Below are positions 61,201 through 64,000 of a stretch of 64,000 nt of DNA, one piece after another; the first letter of the stretch is position 1; every line of letters starts with the position of its first letter. The notes beneath the pieces were generated by a model, which made no database searches, had not been told where the DNA came from, and saw only the letters and a list, made by a program, of their open reading frames with translations. The DNA lies in NCBI GenBank assembly GCA_040954595.2, contig CM082594.2, positions 824,247-888,246 of the forward strand. Direction: 5' to 3'. The stretch is from Balanoglossus misakiensis (lineage: Eukaryota > Animalia > Hemichordata). The translations under genes were made by a program, and so were the position numbers.

Positions 61201-64000
61201 CCACTTCATAAGCGGTCTTACCCGTCATAGGCACAAACAGTCTCAGGAAGTAAGCTTTCAGCCTACCAATGTAGCTATTATATTTTCCACTTTTTGTAAG
61301 TGAAGCCTGACTGTCGCCTGTCTTAGGTCACCACTTCATAAGAGGTCTTACCCGTCATTGGCACAAACAGTCTCAGGAAGTAAGCTTTCAGCCTACCAAT
61401 GTAGCTATTGTATTTTCAACTTTTTGTAAGTGAAGCCTGACTGTCGCCTGTCTTAGGTCACCACTTCATAAGAGGTCTTACTCGTCATTGGCACAAACAG
61501 ACTCAGGACGTAAGCTTTCAGCCTACCAATGTAGCTATTGTATTTTCCACTTTTTGTAAGTGAAGTCTGACTGTCGCCTGTTTTAGGTCACCACTTCATA
61601 AGAGGTCCTACCCGTCATTGGCACAAACAGTCTCAGGAAGTAAGCTTTCAGCCTACCAATGTAGCTATTGTATTTTCAACTTTTTGTAAGTGAAGCCTGA
61701 CTGTCGCCTGTCTTAGGTCACCACTTCATAAGAGGTCTTACTCGTCATTGGCACAAACAGACTCAGGACGTAAGCTTTCAGCCTACCAATGTAGCTATTG
61801 TATTTTCCACTTTTTGTAAGTGAAGTCTGACTGTCGCCTGTTTTAGGTCACCACTTCATAAGAGGTCCTACCCGTCATTGGCACAAACAGTCTCAGGAAG
61901 TAAGCTTTGAGCCTACCAATGTAGCTATTGTATTTTCCACTTTTTGTAAGTGAAGCCTGACTGTCACCTGTCTTAGGTCACCACTTCATAAGAGGTCTTA
62001 CCCGTCATTGGCACAAACAGTCTCAGGAAGTAAGCTTTCAGCCTACCAATGTAGCTATTATATTTTCCACTTTTTGTAAGTGAAGCCTGACTGTCGCCTG
62101 TCTTAGGTCACCACTTCATAAGCGGTCTTACCCGTCATTGGCACAAACAGTCTCAGGAAGTAAGCTTTCAGCCTACCAATGTAGCTATTATATTTTCCAC
62201 TTTTTGTAAGTGAAGCCTGACTGTCGCCTGTCTTAGGTCACCACTTCATAAGCGGTCTTACCCGTCATTGGCACAAACAGTCTCAGGAAGTAAGCTTTCA
62301 GCCTACCAATGTAGCTATTATATTTTCCACTTTTTGTAAGTGAAGCCTGACTGTTGCCTGTCTTAGGTCACCACTCCATAAGTGTTCTTACCCGTCATTG
62401 GCACAAACAGTCTCAGGAAGTAAGCTTTCAGCCTACCAATTTAGCTATTATATTTTCAACTTTTTGTAAGTGAAGCCTGACTGTCGCCTGTCTTAGGTCA
62501 CCACTTCATAAGAGGTCTTACCCGTCATTGGCACAAACAGTCTCAGGAAGTAAGCTTTCAGCCTACCAATGTAGCTATTATATTTTCCACTTTTTGTAAG
62601 TGAAGCCTGACTGTCGCCTGTCTTAGGTCACCACTTCATAAGCGGTCTTACCCGTCATTGGCACAAACAGTCTCAGGAAGTAAGCTTTCAGCCTACCAAT
62701 GTAGCTATTGTATTTTCCACTTTTTGTAAGTGAAGCCTGACTGTCGCCTGTCTTAGGTCACCACTTCATAAGCGGTCTTACCCGTCATTGGCACAAACAG
62801 TCTCAGGAAGTAAGCTTTCAGCCTACCAATGTAGCTATTGTATTTTCCACTTTTTGTAAGTGAAGCCTGACTGTCGCCTGTCTTAGGTCACCACTTCATA
62901 AGTGTTCTTACCCGTCATTGGCACAAACAGTCTCAGGAAGTAAGCTTTCAGCCTACCAATGTAGCTATTATATTTTCCACTTTTTGTAAGTGAAGCCTGA
63001 CTGTCGCCTGTCTTAGGTCACCACTTCATAAGCGGTCTTACCCGTCATTGGCACATACAGTCTCAGGAAGTTAGCTTTCAGCCTACCAATGTAGCTATTA
63101 TATTTTCCACTTTTTGTAAGTGAAGCCTTACTGTCGCCTGTCTTAGGTCACCACTTCATAAGAGGTCTTACCCGTCATTGGCACAAACAGTCTCAGGAAG
63201 TAAGCTTTCAGCCTACCAATGTAGCTATTGTATTTTCAACTTTTTGTAAGTGAAGCCTGACTGTCGCCTGTCTTAGGTCACCACTTCATAAGCGGTCTTA
63301 CCCGTCATTGGCACAAACAGTCTCAGGAAGTAAGCTTTCAGCCTACCAATGTAGCTATTGTATTTTCCACTTTTTGTAAGTGAAGCCTGACTGTCGCCTG
63401 TCTTAGGTCACCACTTCATAAGTGTTCTTACCCGTCATTGGCACAAACAGTCTCAGGAAGTAAGCTTTCAGCCTACCAATGTAGCTATTATATTTTCCAC
63501 TTTTTGTAAGTGAAGCCTGACTGTCGCCTGTCTTAGGTCACCACTTCATAAGCGGTCTTACCCGTCATTGGCACATACAGTCTCAGGAAGTTAGCTTTCA
63601 GCCTACCAATGTAGCTATTATATTTTCCACTTTTTGTAAGTGAAGCCTTACTGTCGCCTGTCTTAGGTCACCACTTCATAAGAGGTCTTACCCGTCATTG
63701 GCACAAACAGTCTCAGGAAGTAAGCTTTCAGCCTACCAATGTAGCTATTGTATTTTCAACTTTTTGTAAGTGAAGCCTGACTGTCGCCTGTCTTAGGTCA
63801 CCACTTCATAAGAGGTCTTACCCGTCATTGGCACAAACAGACAGGAAGTAAGCTTTCAGCCTACCAATGTAGCTTTTGTATTTTCAACTGTTTGTAAGTG
63901 AAGCCTGACTGTCGCCTGTCTTAGGTCACCACTTCATAAGCGGTCTTACCCGTCATTGGCACAAACAGTCTCAGGAAGTAAGCTTTCAGCCTACCAATGT
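22241..64000. repeat. 130-bp satellite, main array (~321 monomers, runs off the window)
   Basis: Uninterrupted head-to-tail monomers on one strand, with a HindIII site (aagctt) in most monomers and a few substitutions per monomer. Confidence 0.99.

Noticed and set aside
9361-64000. CRISPR array or tandem 5S/tRNA/snRNA genes
   Set aside because: No unique spacers, no cas genes, and no recognisable RNA-gene sequence or Pol III boxes; it is a plain 130-bp tandem repeat.

Overview
Eukaryotic (probably metazoan, inferred from the TE repertoire) repeat-rich window at the edge of a satellite array, with no host gene. (1) 1-9318: about 2.5 copies of a ~1.9-kb composite tandem unit (81-bp subrepeats, ~340-bp AT-rich subrepeats and a poly-C spacer). 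The copies are interrupted by an internally deleted Gmr1-like Gypsy LTR element (793-4875, tRNA-Leu PBS), a 961-bp hairpin-bearing Crypton-like insertion (5411-6371) and a TTAA-targeting Kolobok-like MITE (7423-8137). (2) 9361-64000: a head-to-tail 130-bp satellite with local higher-order duplications and alternating variant domains. (3) The satellite is interrupted at 11081-22240 by a near full-length but frameshifted Gmr1-like LTR retrotransposon (PR-IN-RT-RH order, tRNA-Pro PBS, GCGG TSD), which carries two nested TAG...CTA (Academ-like) TIR elements. The most unusual signal is the 109-bp hairpin at 5416-5524: its only mismatches are three tandem GA/GA pairs, it has a GCA triloop, and its 3' flank mirrors the predicted circle junction of its element. 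All coordinates and difference counts were read by eye; superfamily calls need database confirmation.
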